DNA of 64,000 nt from a virus: the IMG/VR virus record IMGVR_UViG_3300027921_000016, positions 1 through 64,000 of that record. One strand, written 5' to 3'. Each line of letters starts with the position of its first letter. Positions within the stretch are counted from its first letter, which is position 1. Both the position numbers and the translations under genes were made by a program. The notes under the pieces were generated by a model. That model saw only the letters and a program-made list of their open reading frames with translations. It was not told where the DNA came from and searched no databases. This document shows positions 9,152 to 17,116 of the stretch, piece by piece.

Positions 9152-9434
9152 TTGGTTCTCCTTGTTGAGCCTTCAGAGCCTTGTCGTTGAATGCCGCTAC
9201 AACCTCTGGGGGGATTTCTCCAAGATCAACATCGTTGGATACCCACACCTCTCTACGCATGGTCAGACCATACACCACCCCTGCTAGGGCGTCCGACACA
9301 TCCTTACTGTTATGTACGAACGGACCTAGTGCTACCTTAAAGTTTTCTGGGCCTCGCACCGTCACGTCGTACACCGGAACAGGGGCGTCTACTCTTACTT
9401 TACGTACTGATTTTATCCGCATTTTCGGCCTCAT
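9123..9434 (-). CDS. Split-intein C-half (9309-9434) fused to the terminase large subunit C-extein
   Basis: IKSV...PVYDVTV...NF...GPFVHN|S (blocks F/G); extein SKDVSDALAG carries the nuclease DxxD. Confidence 0.92.
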   Translation of the reverse strand: MRPKMRIKSVRKVRVDAPVPVYDVTVRGPENFKVALGPFVHNSKDVSDALAGVVYGLTMRREVWVSNDVDLGEIPPEVVAAFNDKALKAQQGEPNATSSSAPA

Positions 9435-10077
9435 TCTTAGCGACTATTGCCTGCCCCTCGGTTTCAAACCAACCAATATGCCGTTTCTTGTACACAACAC
9501 GCCACCTTGCTTTTCGTTTTTGATTCTTTGCAAACGAAACGCCTACTACAGTACTTGTTCTTTCTCCCACGTTTCTTGGCGGGAGGGCCTCAACACTGCC
9601 CGGTAGGTCTTCTTTCTTGAAGTTCAATATCGCAAACTCTCCCCGCTGTGCAATCGCAGCCAAATCACGGGCTTGTGCTGCCTTCAGTACTGAATCGTAG
9701 TACCCTACCGTTTGCTTACCCAATCGAGCGGCAAACACATTTGGGCTTTCTTGCCTCACACCCCGGTATCCGCAGGCTCCAACACTCTTATCAGAGTTCC
9801 AGGTATTCTGTTTATGCGTTGCCAGGCGTAGATTCTGCCTTCGGTTATCCAACCTCACTCTATTTACATGGTCTACCTGATATTCTGGGTCTCCCATAAT
9901 CAAGCGGTGCATCTGGATGTTTATCGTTCTGTTCTTATCGGTCTTACTACTGCCCTTTCGGTGGACTGCCGTTGCTGCGTACCCATTACGTAAATACCAT
10001 TTATACGGTGCAATCAATTGCAGGTCTTCTTCATCAACCTGCACTTTATGTCCTCCGTGTATCGTTATCGTAGCCAT
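9400..10077 (-). CDS. Free-standing HNH homing endonuclease with AP2-like domains
   Basis: MHRLIM..VDHVNRVRLDNRRQNLRLATHKQN; YRGV; AAQARDLAA; GGGAGAG SD before MATITI. Confidence 0.9.
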   Translation of the reverse strand: MATITIHGGHKVQVDEEDLQLIAPYKWYLRNGYAATAVHRKGSSKTDKNRTINIQMHRLIMGDPEYQVDHVNRVRLDNRRQNLRLATHKQNTWNSDKSVGACGYRGVRQESPNVFAARLGKQTVGYYDSVLKAAQARDLAAIAQRGEFAILNFKKEDLPGSVEALPPRNVGERTSTVVGVSFAKNQKRKARWRVVYKKRHIGWFETEGQAIVAKNEAENADKIST

Positions 10078-10121
10078 TGTCTCTCCCAAAAACAATAGTC
10101 TATCCTTGTTTTGGAGGCTGG

Positions 10122-12182
10122 TCAATCCTGAACTTCGTCTCCCTCCTGTAAGTACTGAGCTTGTATGTACTTTCCGGTCTTCAACAATACCGGGTGTTCT
10201 GGCGTACACACAAGCACACCCCCGCCCCATATTTCGATCTCCACTAGGTCTTGCACGTATTTGGTTATCCTCGGGTGCTCCATAGGCAAATGCACATACT
10301 GTCGGGTATCGTTACTCCAAGACACCCCGGTATGCACTACACCCTGTTCGTAGTCTCGTACAAGTTGGGCCATGGTACGAATTTTATGGTCTGCACATTC
10401 GATCTTTGTACTCCCCAACAAGCAACCGTGGGGAGAGTGATCTATCTTCCTCTTCTTCACATCCTTCTCTAGCGAGACCAACTCCAAGGCGCACTTCCTA
10501 TGCGTAGGCATGTTGATCCGCCCATCATACAGGGCGTTCTTCACAAAATCATAAGGGTGGGTGGTGATGTCCACACTCTGCAACCCCACTACAAACCCTT
10601 GCTGACGCAGTATCTGCTGACTATCTGTAGACTGGAACTGGTCGAAGGTCACCCATTTTATGTTCATGCCCAGACCACGAAGAGCTGCTATGACCTCGCG
10701 CACCTTATACAACAGAATCTCTCCCCCTTTTGGAGGCTTTATCTCCAGCAGGGCGTCTATCCAGATGTTAGGCATTAGCCACCCATCCTTAGACTGCACA
10801 AACTTGTCCACCGTGCCAACTGCGAAACCAGCACTGTCTCCGCTCACGGCCAGGTCACAGTGCACGAATCGTGGAAGCTCAGGACGGTAAAACTTATTCT
10901 TGTAAATCTGGAGCTTGAACTCCTGGAAGTCCACCATTTCCCGTCCAAAAATAATGTCCGTAGTCCTCTGTGCATCCCTAACACTATCGCGGTTCATGAT
11001 GAACGGGTGGTGTGCCAGGGTGCTCACCCCAGCCACATCCCGTAGTGCCTTCATGATATCCGCCTCGAAGTTCACCCGGTATTCCTCTGGTATAGCCATC
11101 ACCAAGTCGCACTCGCTGTCCGCCACTACCTCCGTAGTCTCCAGTATGCGTGGGGTTCTAGCGTCGTCCCCAATGAAGATGTTGAACCACTTGCCACTAA
11201 AGCGATCAAGGGGCTTGACCTCCCACTCCCGCTTGTCATACACGTAAATGCCGGTGCTACCTGTACGAGCGACCTCCTTACGTGCCTCCTCTTCTTTCTT
11301 GTCAGTGAACTGCCCAGGGTACCTCTTGGAAGACACCAGGCAGAGCAGTCCGGGCAGTATCCCTTTCTTCATGAACCGAGACTTACGGCGCATGGCTATA
11401 GAGTCATACAGAGCAGTGGCTTGGTCATAGGTACTGTTGTCCATGTTCGCCTTACTGTTCTCTACAACTGCCATGAAGTTCATTTCGTCTATCAGACCCC
11501 CAATCACGTTCTGCCCTATCGCCCCAGTCTCCGCCCCTGAGACGGGCTTCACGATGATCCGATTAGGGAACTTCAACTCACTCACAATGTCCTTATCGAA
11601 AGGAAACTTCTCCCTGAAGTACGCACTCCTTTCGATCATTGCCCGGAACCGGTCGAAATCCACTGACTTAGCCAGTTTGGCGTTCAAACTCTGAAAGATG
11701 AACGTAATCTCGGAGCTGGGATCAAGGTCAAACAGGTAGTGAGGCGTGCGATAGCAACTCAGCTTGTACAATTGGTAAGCCGTACTGTACAGAGCAAGGG
11801 TGGACTTCCCGGTACCAATTGCACCCGTGAGCACGGCCTCCTGATACAGGCCGTTATTCATCTCTATCAGGCACTCCATCACCTTTGGGAACAGGATGTT
11901 CTTACTGTCCATGAAGTACGGGTCCTCCACGAACGTCTGGATGCTTACAGGGTCGTACTTCAAGCTACTGAAGCCCCGTACTGCCGACCCTCTTACTAGG
12001 CCCTCGCCTTTACGCACTTTCTCCAAATCGGTTACCACAGCCTTGAGGAACCGTACCTGCAAGCTAGGGTCAGGGAGCTTCATGCCCTCCTCCAGTACTC
12101 TAGCCCCTCTATCAGGACCGAGCGCCTGTATCAGGTAGTTTCTGGCGTGCTCAATCACCTGTTGCATCTTGCACGCTCTCAA
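10122..12182 (-). CDS. terL: Terminase large subunit N-part ending in a 100-aa split-intein N-half (10125-10424)
   Basis: Walker A GAIGTGKS, Walker B LIDEMNF, nuclease HCDLA and TFDQFQS; KIDHSPHG|CLLGST..., block B CTPEHP, L..GD then stop. Confidence 0.92.
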   Translation of the reverse strand: MRACKMQQVIEHARNYLIQALGPDRGARVLEEGMKLPDPSLQVRFLKAVVTDLEKVRKGEGLVRGSAVRGFSSLKYDPVSIQTFVEDPYFMDSKNILFPKVMECLIEMNNGLYQEAVLTGAIGTGKSTLALYSTAYQLYKLSCYRTPHYLFDLDPSSEITFIFQSLNAKLAKSVDFDRFRAMIERSAYFREKFPFDKDIVSELKFPNRIIVKPVSGAETGAIGQNVIGGLIDEMNFMAVVENSKANMDNSTYDQATALYDSIAMRRKSRFMKKGILPGLLCLVSSKRYPGQFTDKKEEEARKEVARTGSTGIYVYDKREWEVKPLDRFSGKWFNIFIGDDARTPRILETTEVVADSECDLVMAIPEEYRVNFEADIMKALRDVAGVSTLAHHPFIMNRDSVRDAQRTTDIIFGREMVDFQEFKLQIYKNKFYRPELPRFVHCDLAVSGDSAGFAVGTVDKFVQSKDGWLMPNIWIDALLEIKPPKGGEILLYKVREVIAALRGLGMNIKWVTFDQFQSTDSQQILRQQGFVVGLQSVDITTHPYDFVKNALYDGRINMPTHRKCALELVSLEKDVKKRKIDHSPHGCLLGSTKIECADHKIRTMAQLVRDYEQGVVHTGVSWSNDTRQYVHLPMEHPRITKYVQDLVEIEIWGGGVLVCTPEHPVLLKTGKYIQAQYLQEGDEVQD

Positions 12183-12795
12183 ACACCCCGTCTATGGCGC
12201 TGAAAAATGTCGCTGCTGCTTTCTCCAGTTGCTCATTTACTTGGTAACTCACTTGTACAGCGTCCTTACCATCGGACTCGACTACCGTGGTCTTGCCATC
12301 CTGAATAATCTTGGTGGTCTTCGGTACCCTGCGTACAAACCCTAGATCGAACGACAGGTCAGCAAACTGTTGGATTAACCCCGAGAGGGTCTTCATCTCC
12401 CCCCCGAGGGACGAAATCAGAACAGGCATATCCTTTTCACGGATCATCAACTTCTGCACTCGGGCCTTCTGTGATAGGACCAGTTGCCCCACCTCCTCCA
12501 GTACGTCGATCTCCTCCTTGGTGTGCTGGAGCGGAATTATCTCCTGCCCTTTCGGAATCACCATGGCCATGTTCTTGTCCACTACATCGTACTTGTAGCG
12601 GTACAGGTACTTCTCCAGGGTGTTTTCCTTTACATCCGTCCACAGGCCGAGAGTCTGCTGAAACATCTTCATGATCGCCGGAACACCCCGACCTTCATAG
12701 AACATGGTGTGCAGTATGGCTTTCTGTTCCGGCGTAAGCTCCTGTATGCGCTTAAACGCACGACCGGGGTCTTTACGTGGCTCCTGTGACGGCAT
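12151..12795 (-). CDS. Putative terminase small subunit
   Basis: Helical protein immediately upstream of and overlapping TerL. Confidence 0.55.
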   Translation of the reverse strand: MPSQEPRKDPGRAFKRIQELTPEQKAILHTMFYEGRGVPAIMKMFQQTLGLWTDVKENTLEKYLYRYKYDVVDKNMAMVIPKGQEIIPLQHTKEEIDVLEEVGQLVLSQKARVQKLMIREKDMPVLISSLGGEMKTLSGLIQQFADLSFDLGFVRRVPKTTKIIQDGKTTVVESDGKDAVQVSYQVNEQLEKAAATFFSAIDGVFESVQDATGD

Positions 12796-12941
12796 CTTAA
12801 CCCCAAAACACAAACAGCCTGGGGGCTAAGACCGTCAGGCTTACAAGTACAACCAAACAAAGAACTGGCCCTACTGAGTGTCTACCGTGACTCTTGGGGC
12901 CAATCCGTTTAAGGGACCCCGCACACAGGACAACTAAGGTA

Positions 12942-12970
12942 ATCATACCCCCACCCCCTCAGACTGTCAA
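12942..12970 (-). promoter_or_regulatory. Canonical sigma70 promoter upstream of the terS-terL-sugar operon
   Basis: TTGACA-N17-TATGAT. Confidence 0.65.
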
Positions 12971-13819
12971 TTGCTGTTCTACGGGTAACTTACCTATGGG
13001 AGTTACTACTGGAGGTAGGGGTTTGAGGTACTCCTCCAGAGCGGAGGTACTCAAGTTGCCGGTTGCAATCAATTGCAGTAGCGAGCCCAACACCTGATCC
13101 ACAGACCTCTGCTTACTCTTGCACCAGTCACACAGTACGAGAAACTGCATTTTTTCCTTCTTGGACATGCGAATCCAGACGTGCTCCTGTCCACCGAAGT
13201 CAAACACCATGTACCCCCAGGGTAGGGTGTCTCCGTACTCGGAGAACAGCTTGTTCAGCACCAGAGCGAGGCCGTCAATGGTCTTGATCTCCTTTGTTGC
13301 TTCCTCGAAGGCGGGCAACATCTCCGGTGGTAGGGACTTACCTGTAGCCTTCACCATCTTACGGAACTCTTCCTCACTGGTGAAACCGAATAGTTCAGAA
13401 GCTACCTCTTCCGTGTACTTCTCAGACAGCGACTGGTACATGGCCATGAACTTACTGGCCGACATTTTGCCTCGGATCAGGTTATGACGGACATTCTGGA
13501 ACTTCTCCTTGTCGTCGTCGAACTCAAGATCGGTGATGATCGTTACCGGTACCTGCTCCAGACCCATGAGCTTAGCTACCTCCCAGCGATGGTGGCCACC
13601 AACAATACGATAGGAACCGTCTTTAAGCGGTCGTACAAGCACCGGATCGGTGATCCCAATGGAGCCGATGTTATCGTACAGCATATTGAATTCCTGGTCC
13701 GACATCTCATTTGGGTTGAGCGGGTTCGGTACCAGGGAATTTACTGAGAGAAACGTGCGGGACAACGATGCGGTACGTTCTTCCGCTGTAGGGGCTACCA
13801 TCTGCAACTCCTTATGCAA
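12959..13819 (-). CDS. ParB/Srx N-terminal domain protein with possible HTH
   Basis: LVPNPLNPN...GITDPVLVR...YRIVGGHHRWEVA...VPV; YTEEVASELFGFTSEEE is HTH-like. Confidence 0.85.
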   Translation of the reverse strand: MHKELQMVAPTAEERTASLSRTFLSVNSLVPNPLNPNEMSDQEFNMLYDNIGSIGITDPVLVRPLKDGSYRIVGGHHRWEVAKLMGLEQVPVTIITDLEFDDDKEKFQNVRHNLIRGKMSASKFMAMYQSLSEKYTEEVASELFGFTSEEEFRKMVKATGKSLPPEMLPAFEEATKEIKTIDGLALVLNKLFSEYGDTLPWGYMVFDFGGQEHVWIRMSKKEKMQFLVLCDWCKSKQRSVDQVLGSLLQLIATGNLSTSALEEYLKPLPPVVTPIGKLPVEQQLTV

Positions 13820-13827
13820 TTGATCTC

Positions 13828-15054
13828 TTACGGTGTACAGATTGTACCACCTACAGAGCTCGTGTGGGGGGTCTCCTGTACGGGGTAGTGTGTGGGTATG
13901 CCTTCCACTATACGGAGCCTGGCGGCTCTTAGATCATGCTGAAATACGGGGGATAGCAGGGTTTCCCTGACTGCCTGGGCGTGCTCTTCGTTCAAACCAA
14001 CCGAAGTTGCCTCCATCTGGTCATTGAACCCCTGTATGGTACTTGTCAGAGCCCAGTGTACAGGCTTGTCCAACACCGCTGACTCTGTTTGGAATAGCAT
14101 CATGGATATCATGGCTTGCCTGTCTCCTTGGTACCCAATTTTTTCCAGACATTCTTTGAGGGATTTGCTACTTTTCAATACATAAGCAATGGCTCTCTTA
14201 CCATCTGATACATACTGATCGAACGCCCACTCAGGCACGCCCCCAACCATCTGCAACCCCCTCTCGGGTACCACCAGAGGCGCGTCCACCCTCCAATCCA
14301 TAAACCCAGACTGACACCCCGTAAGGCCTATCAACGGGGATGTCAGGTAGCTTACGTCTTTTTTCGTCCCCGCGTATAGAAGGTAAGCTGCCAGCGGTGA
14401 AGCCCCGGCGTCTACCAGTACGTTCATGTACGCGGTCAGGGCCATTAACCTCTCCTCCTTGGTAAGGGATGAACTTTGCCCATCCAAAGCGTAGCCCAGA
14501 CCGTAGGACACAGTGCTCGCGGATAACGCAAGACGCTCTTCCTCCTTCTGATCATTAAACTGATACCCTAGGCCATGACCAACCATCCAGGAGCATGTTA
14601 CGTCCGTCAAGGTGCGACTCTTCCAAGAGTGACTCAACTCCCTGGCTATCCATGAAGCTACCTGGACAGACCCTCCCAATGCGGTCCTATAGCTCTTGTG
14701 CCTGCACAAGGCCATCACCTGTGCACACAGCTTGAGGTTGACGATCCCGATATCTTCCAGAGCTATGATGGGAAGGCGCCTCCACAGGTAGTCCTCCTTG
14801 CCTCCATGTACGATTGCTTGGGCATATCGTACAGCCAAATCTTGATACCCTCGACGTATGCTCTTCTGCAAGGCAGAGGACACTTTCCACAGCTTACTAG
14901 GATCAGACAAACTGACACTGATCTCCGGGAAGGTGGGAGTAAACTCCACCCCTGCAAGTAACCGGCTCTCCATTTTTTTACCCGAATCCAACAACAAGTC
15001 AGACACCGAAACCCCTTGGAACTCCTTAGGGCAAAACATCGTCGCGTAGTGCAT
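13828..15054 (-). CDS. MgsA/RarA C-terminal-like domain protein lacking the ATPase
   Basis: SALQKSIRRG and LWRRLPIIALEDIG; no Walker A. Confidence 0.65.
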   Translation of the reverse strand: MHYATMFCPKEFQGVSVSDLLLDSGKKMESRLLAGVEFTPTFPEISVSLSDPSKLWKVSSALQKSIRRGYQDLAVRYAQAIVHGGKEDYLWRRLPIIALEDIGIVNLKLCAQVMALCRHKSYRTALGGSVQVASWIARELSHSWKSRTLTDVTCSWMVGHGLGYQFNDQKEEERLALSASTVSYGLGYALDGQSSSLTKEERLMALTAYMNVLVDAGASPLAAYLLYAGTKKDVSYLTSPLIGLTGCQSGFMDWRVDAPLVVPERGLQMVGGVPEWAFDQYVSDGKRAIAYVLKSSKSLKECLEKIGYQGDRQAMISMMLFQTESAVLDKPVHWALTSTIQGFNDQMEATSVGLNEEHAQAVRETLLSPVFQHDLRAARLRIVEGIPTHYPVQETPHTSSVGGTICTP

Positions 15055-15177
15055 TTTCAGCCTTTTTTTTATTGGGGTATGGGGTAACGGTGCCACAGTG
15101 CATAGGAAAAGCAATAGGTGGCCTTACGGTAAAACTTTAGGCCCTCCGCCCGCCGATTAAGCTGACGTTATGCGTCA

Positions 15178-15363
15178 TCAGTTGACGCGCACCAGGGCAA
15201 GAACCTGCGTCACCGGGTCTGCGTCCAGAATATGAATCACGGCTTTTACTTCGTGGCAATCGCCGTCAACCCCGATTGCCACGTCCTCGCCAATGCAGGG
15301 GACACGGCTAACGTCATACACGTCGCTTGTGTGTGTCATCAGGAATTCAATGCGTACCTTCAT
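15178..15363 (-). CDS. 61-aa hypothetical protein in a cassette-like unit
   Basis: AAAGGAG SD; flanked by GTTATGC (15167) and GCATAAA (15376). Confidence 0.65.
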   Translation of the reverse strand: MKVRIEFLMTHTSDVYDVSRVPCIGEDVAIGVDGDCHEVKAVIHILDADPVTQVLALVRVN

Positions 15364-15375
15364 TTCTGCTCCTTT

Positions 15376-15465
15376 GCATAAAAAAGTTTCAAGCGGAGCG
15401 CGGAAATGCGCGCTTCACTTCGTGGTTACGTTTTCGCCCGGCCCGCCTGAACCTGGACGTTATGC
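15376..15465 (+). mobile_element. Degenerate attC-like site (90 bp)
   Basis: GCATAAA...TCAAGCGGAGC / GCCCGCCTGA...GTTATGC; same length and layout as 196-285. Confidence 0.5.
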
Positions 15466-15911
15466 CTCTGATCCCCATGTCCCGCGAAACTGACTTGCTC
15501 CGTGCTGGAGGAATGCTCAAACAACTCCCGACGGAAGTCTTCGAGGGCTTTCTTTCTCCGCTCATCCGACGCTTTGGGTGGCCATTCATGAGCATCGAGA
15601 ATAGCCTCAACAACACTGAATGGCATCGCATCTTCTACCCCTTCTCGCTGCGCGATTTCGCGCAACTCAGATGGGTACGGAAGGCGTTTTTTCTCGATGA
15701 AGACCTTCTTCATCCAGTACCGCATGACGACATCGTGCTTGTCATCCGCAATCTGACTGAGGATTTCTCCGCAACGCTCGGTGGGTACGCCGAACAATCC
15801 AGGAAGAGCTTCTTCTATCTCCGCTCTCGGATGCTGCGCACAGGTGACTTCAGTGCACCAGTCGTGCTTGCATTGGCGGGCGTCTCTTTCAAAGTTCTTG
15901 ATGGGAATCAT
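15426..15911 (-). CDS. Hypothetical protein antisense to the cassette ORF
   Basis: 161-aa ORF with ATGA overlap with upstream gene; conflicts with the + strand ORF. Confidence 0.35.
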   Translation of the reverse strand: MIPIKNFERDARQCKHDWCTEVTCAQHPRAEIEEALPGLFGVPTERCGEILSQIADDKHDVVMRYWMKKVFIEKKRLPYPSELREIAQREGVEDAMPFSVVEAILDAHEWPPKASDERRKKALEDFRRELFEHSSSTEQVSFAGHGDQRHNVQVQAGRAKT

Positions 15912-15995
15912 CGCGTCGCCGCCTTGCTTACTTCTGGCTTGTCGCAGAACGTGCCGCTTGACGCTTGGGTCGGATGGCCAAGTTCAGATGCATAA
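15462..15995 (+). CDS. ParB/Srx-like (DGxHR) cassette protein
   Basis: APVVL...FKVLDGNHRVAAL; ATG within GTTATG and TAA within GCATAAC, as in gene cassettes. Confidence 0.55.
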   Translation: MPLIPMSRETDLLRAGGMLKQLPTEVFEGFLSPLIRRFGWPFMSIENSLNNTEWHRIFYPFSLRDFAQLRWVRKAFFLDEDLLHPVPHDDIVLVIRNLTEDFSATLGGYAEQSRKSFFYLRSRMLRTGDFSAPVVLALAGVSFKVLDGNHRVAALLTSGLSQNVPLDAWVGWPSSDA

Positions 15996-16153
15996 CATTC
16001 GGCCTCGTAAGCGTCTGCCGCCGCGTCCATGCTGCCCTGGTTGATGTGCAGCCCTGCCAGCGGGTGCGGATACTCCTGATCCCGCAAATGCTTAATCCAG
16101 TCGGTATCGCTCCAGCCAACAGGTGTCGGCGGTCGTGTCGTGGTCTCTGTCAT
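15908..16153 (-). CDS. Hypothetical protein
   Basis: 81 aa; ATGA overlap with upstream gene. Confidence 0.55.
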   Translation of the reverse strand: MTETTTRPPTPVGWSDTDWIKHLRDQEYPHPLAGLHINQGSMDAAADAYEAECYASELGHPTQASSGTFCDKPEVSKAATR

Positions 16154-16443
16154 TTTTCTTTCCTTTCGTTGTCACGCATAACAAGCGGTTCCAGGCGTGA
16201 GTATCCGCTCTCGAAGGCTTCAGCCGGTGAAAAGGACATGTATCCATCCCCATAAACAACGTAATAGCCGCCGACATGCGGCTTGTGTTTTCGATGCCAT
16301 CCAGGTAGGAGCGTAACAACGCCGCCAATCTCACCTAAAACTAAATCCGGCCCCTGCGTGCCATTACCGCGAAGTTCAGTAATCTTGGCGGCGCGAACAA
16401 CCTTGTGGCACTTGTACTGCGGTAACTCAACTGCTGCGTTCAT
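16150..16443 (-). CDS. Conserved phage protein (GYxVxYxDGYxSxSP family)
   Basis: LPQYKCHKVVRAAKI...GGYYVVYGDGYMSFSPAEAFESGY. Confidence 0.75.
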   Translation of the reverse strand: MNAAVELPQYKCHKVVRAAKITELRGNGTQGPDLVLGEIGGVVTLLPGWHRKHKPHVGGYYVVYGDGYMSFSPAEAFESGYSRLEPLVMRDNERKEK

Positions 16444-16530
16444 GTCTGTCTCCTGTTTACCGTGCCTTTATTCTGGCGGCACGGCTAACCCTGTACATCA
16501 GACAGGTTTTTGCTCAGGTTGGGTAGACTC

Positions 16531-16734
16531 TTATGTTGATCCATCTTGGTTCTCCATTTTTTCAGCGAGGGAAAGCAAGGCCTGGGCCAGGGTATTCGCG
16601 CCATCCTTGGAGAGCGCCACCCAGGCAACAGGTTGATCGAAGTACATGAGCAATTGCCCCTGATACAGGGTCAAGCCTATGCTGGTGTCAGCGTCAATAG
16701 ACAGAGACTCAGTGGTCACGGTAGGGTTCTCCAC
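16531..16734 (-). CDS. Hypothetical protein
   Basis: 67-aa ORF overlapping upstream gene. Confidence 0.5.
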   Translation of the reverse strand: MENPTVTTESLSIDADTSIGLTLYQGQLLMYFDQPVAWVALSKDGANTLAQALLSLAEKMENQDGST

Positions 16735-16880
16735 AGGTGCAGAAGTACACTACCAACCATGGACAGCGCCCCGAAGGCAAGCGCCAGGGCGCATAGCGTA
16801 TCCAGTGCCGTCCCTTTTTTCGTGGATACCCCTACGAACAAGGAGAGAAGTACGACCACTAACCCGATGATGAACCACAT
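16716..16880 (-). CDS. Small two-TM membrane protein
   Basis: AGGAGG SD; two hydrophobic segments. Confidence 0.6.
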   Translation of the reverse strand: MWFIIGLVVVLLSLFVGVSTKKGTALDTLCALALAFGALSMVGSVLLHLWRTLP

Positions 16881-16906
16881 ACTACCTCCTGCAATTGATT
16901 GCAATC

Positions 16907-16980
16907 TGGTGGGACTGCGGGGACTCGAACCCCGAACTCAAGCCTTATGGGGCTTCACTCTACCATTGAGTTGCAGTCCC
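16907..16980 (-). tRNA. tRNA with CAT anticodon (elongator Met or Ile2), atypical 6-nt anticodon loop
   Basis: GGGACTG/CAGTCCC acceptor; ACTC-AATGGTA-GAGT D arm; AAGCC-CCATAA-GGCTT; CGGGG-TTCGAGT-CCCCG; encoded ACCA end. Confidence 0.85.
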
Positions 16981-17116
16981 GATGGTAAGAGGGGTGCCGG
17001 GATTTGCGCTCGATAATTGGGTGCGCATGCGTACTCCAGATGGGCCTCTGCCACCAACGTAATCGGTATCGGGTACCCATACCCGGACAAAAGGATCATA
17101 GCCAGCATGGTCTTGG

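Noticed and set aside
9400-10121. Group I intron in terL
   Set aside because: Only about 45 bp of non-coding sequence flanks the HNH gene, and intein blocks on both sides explain the break.
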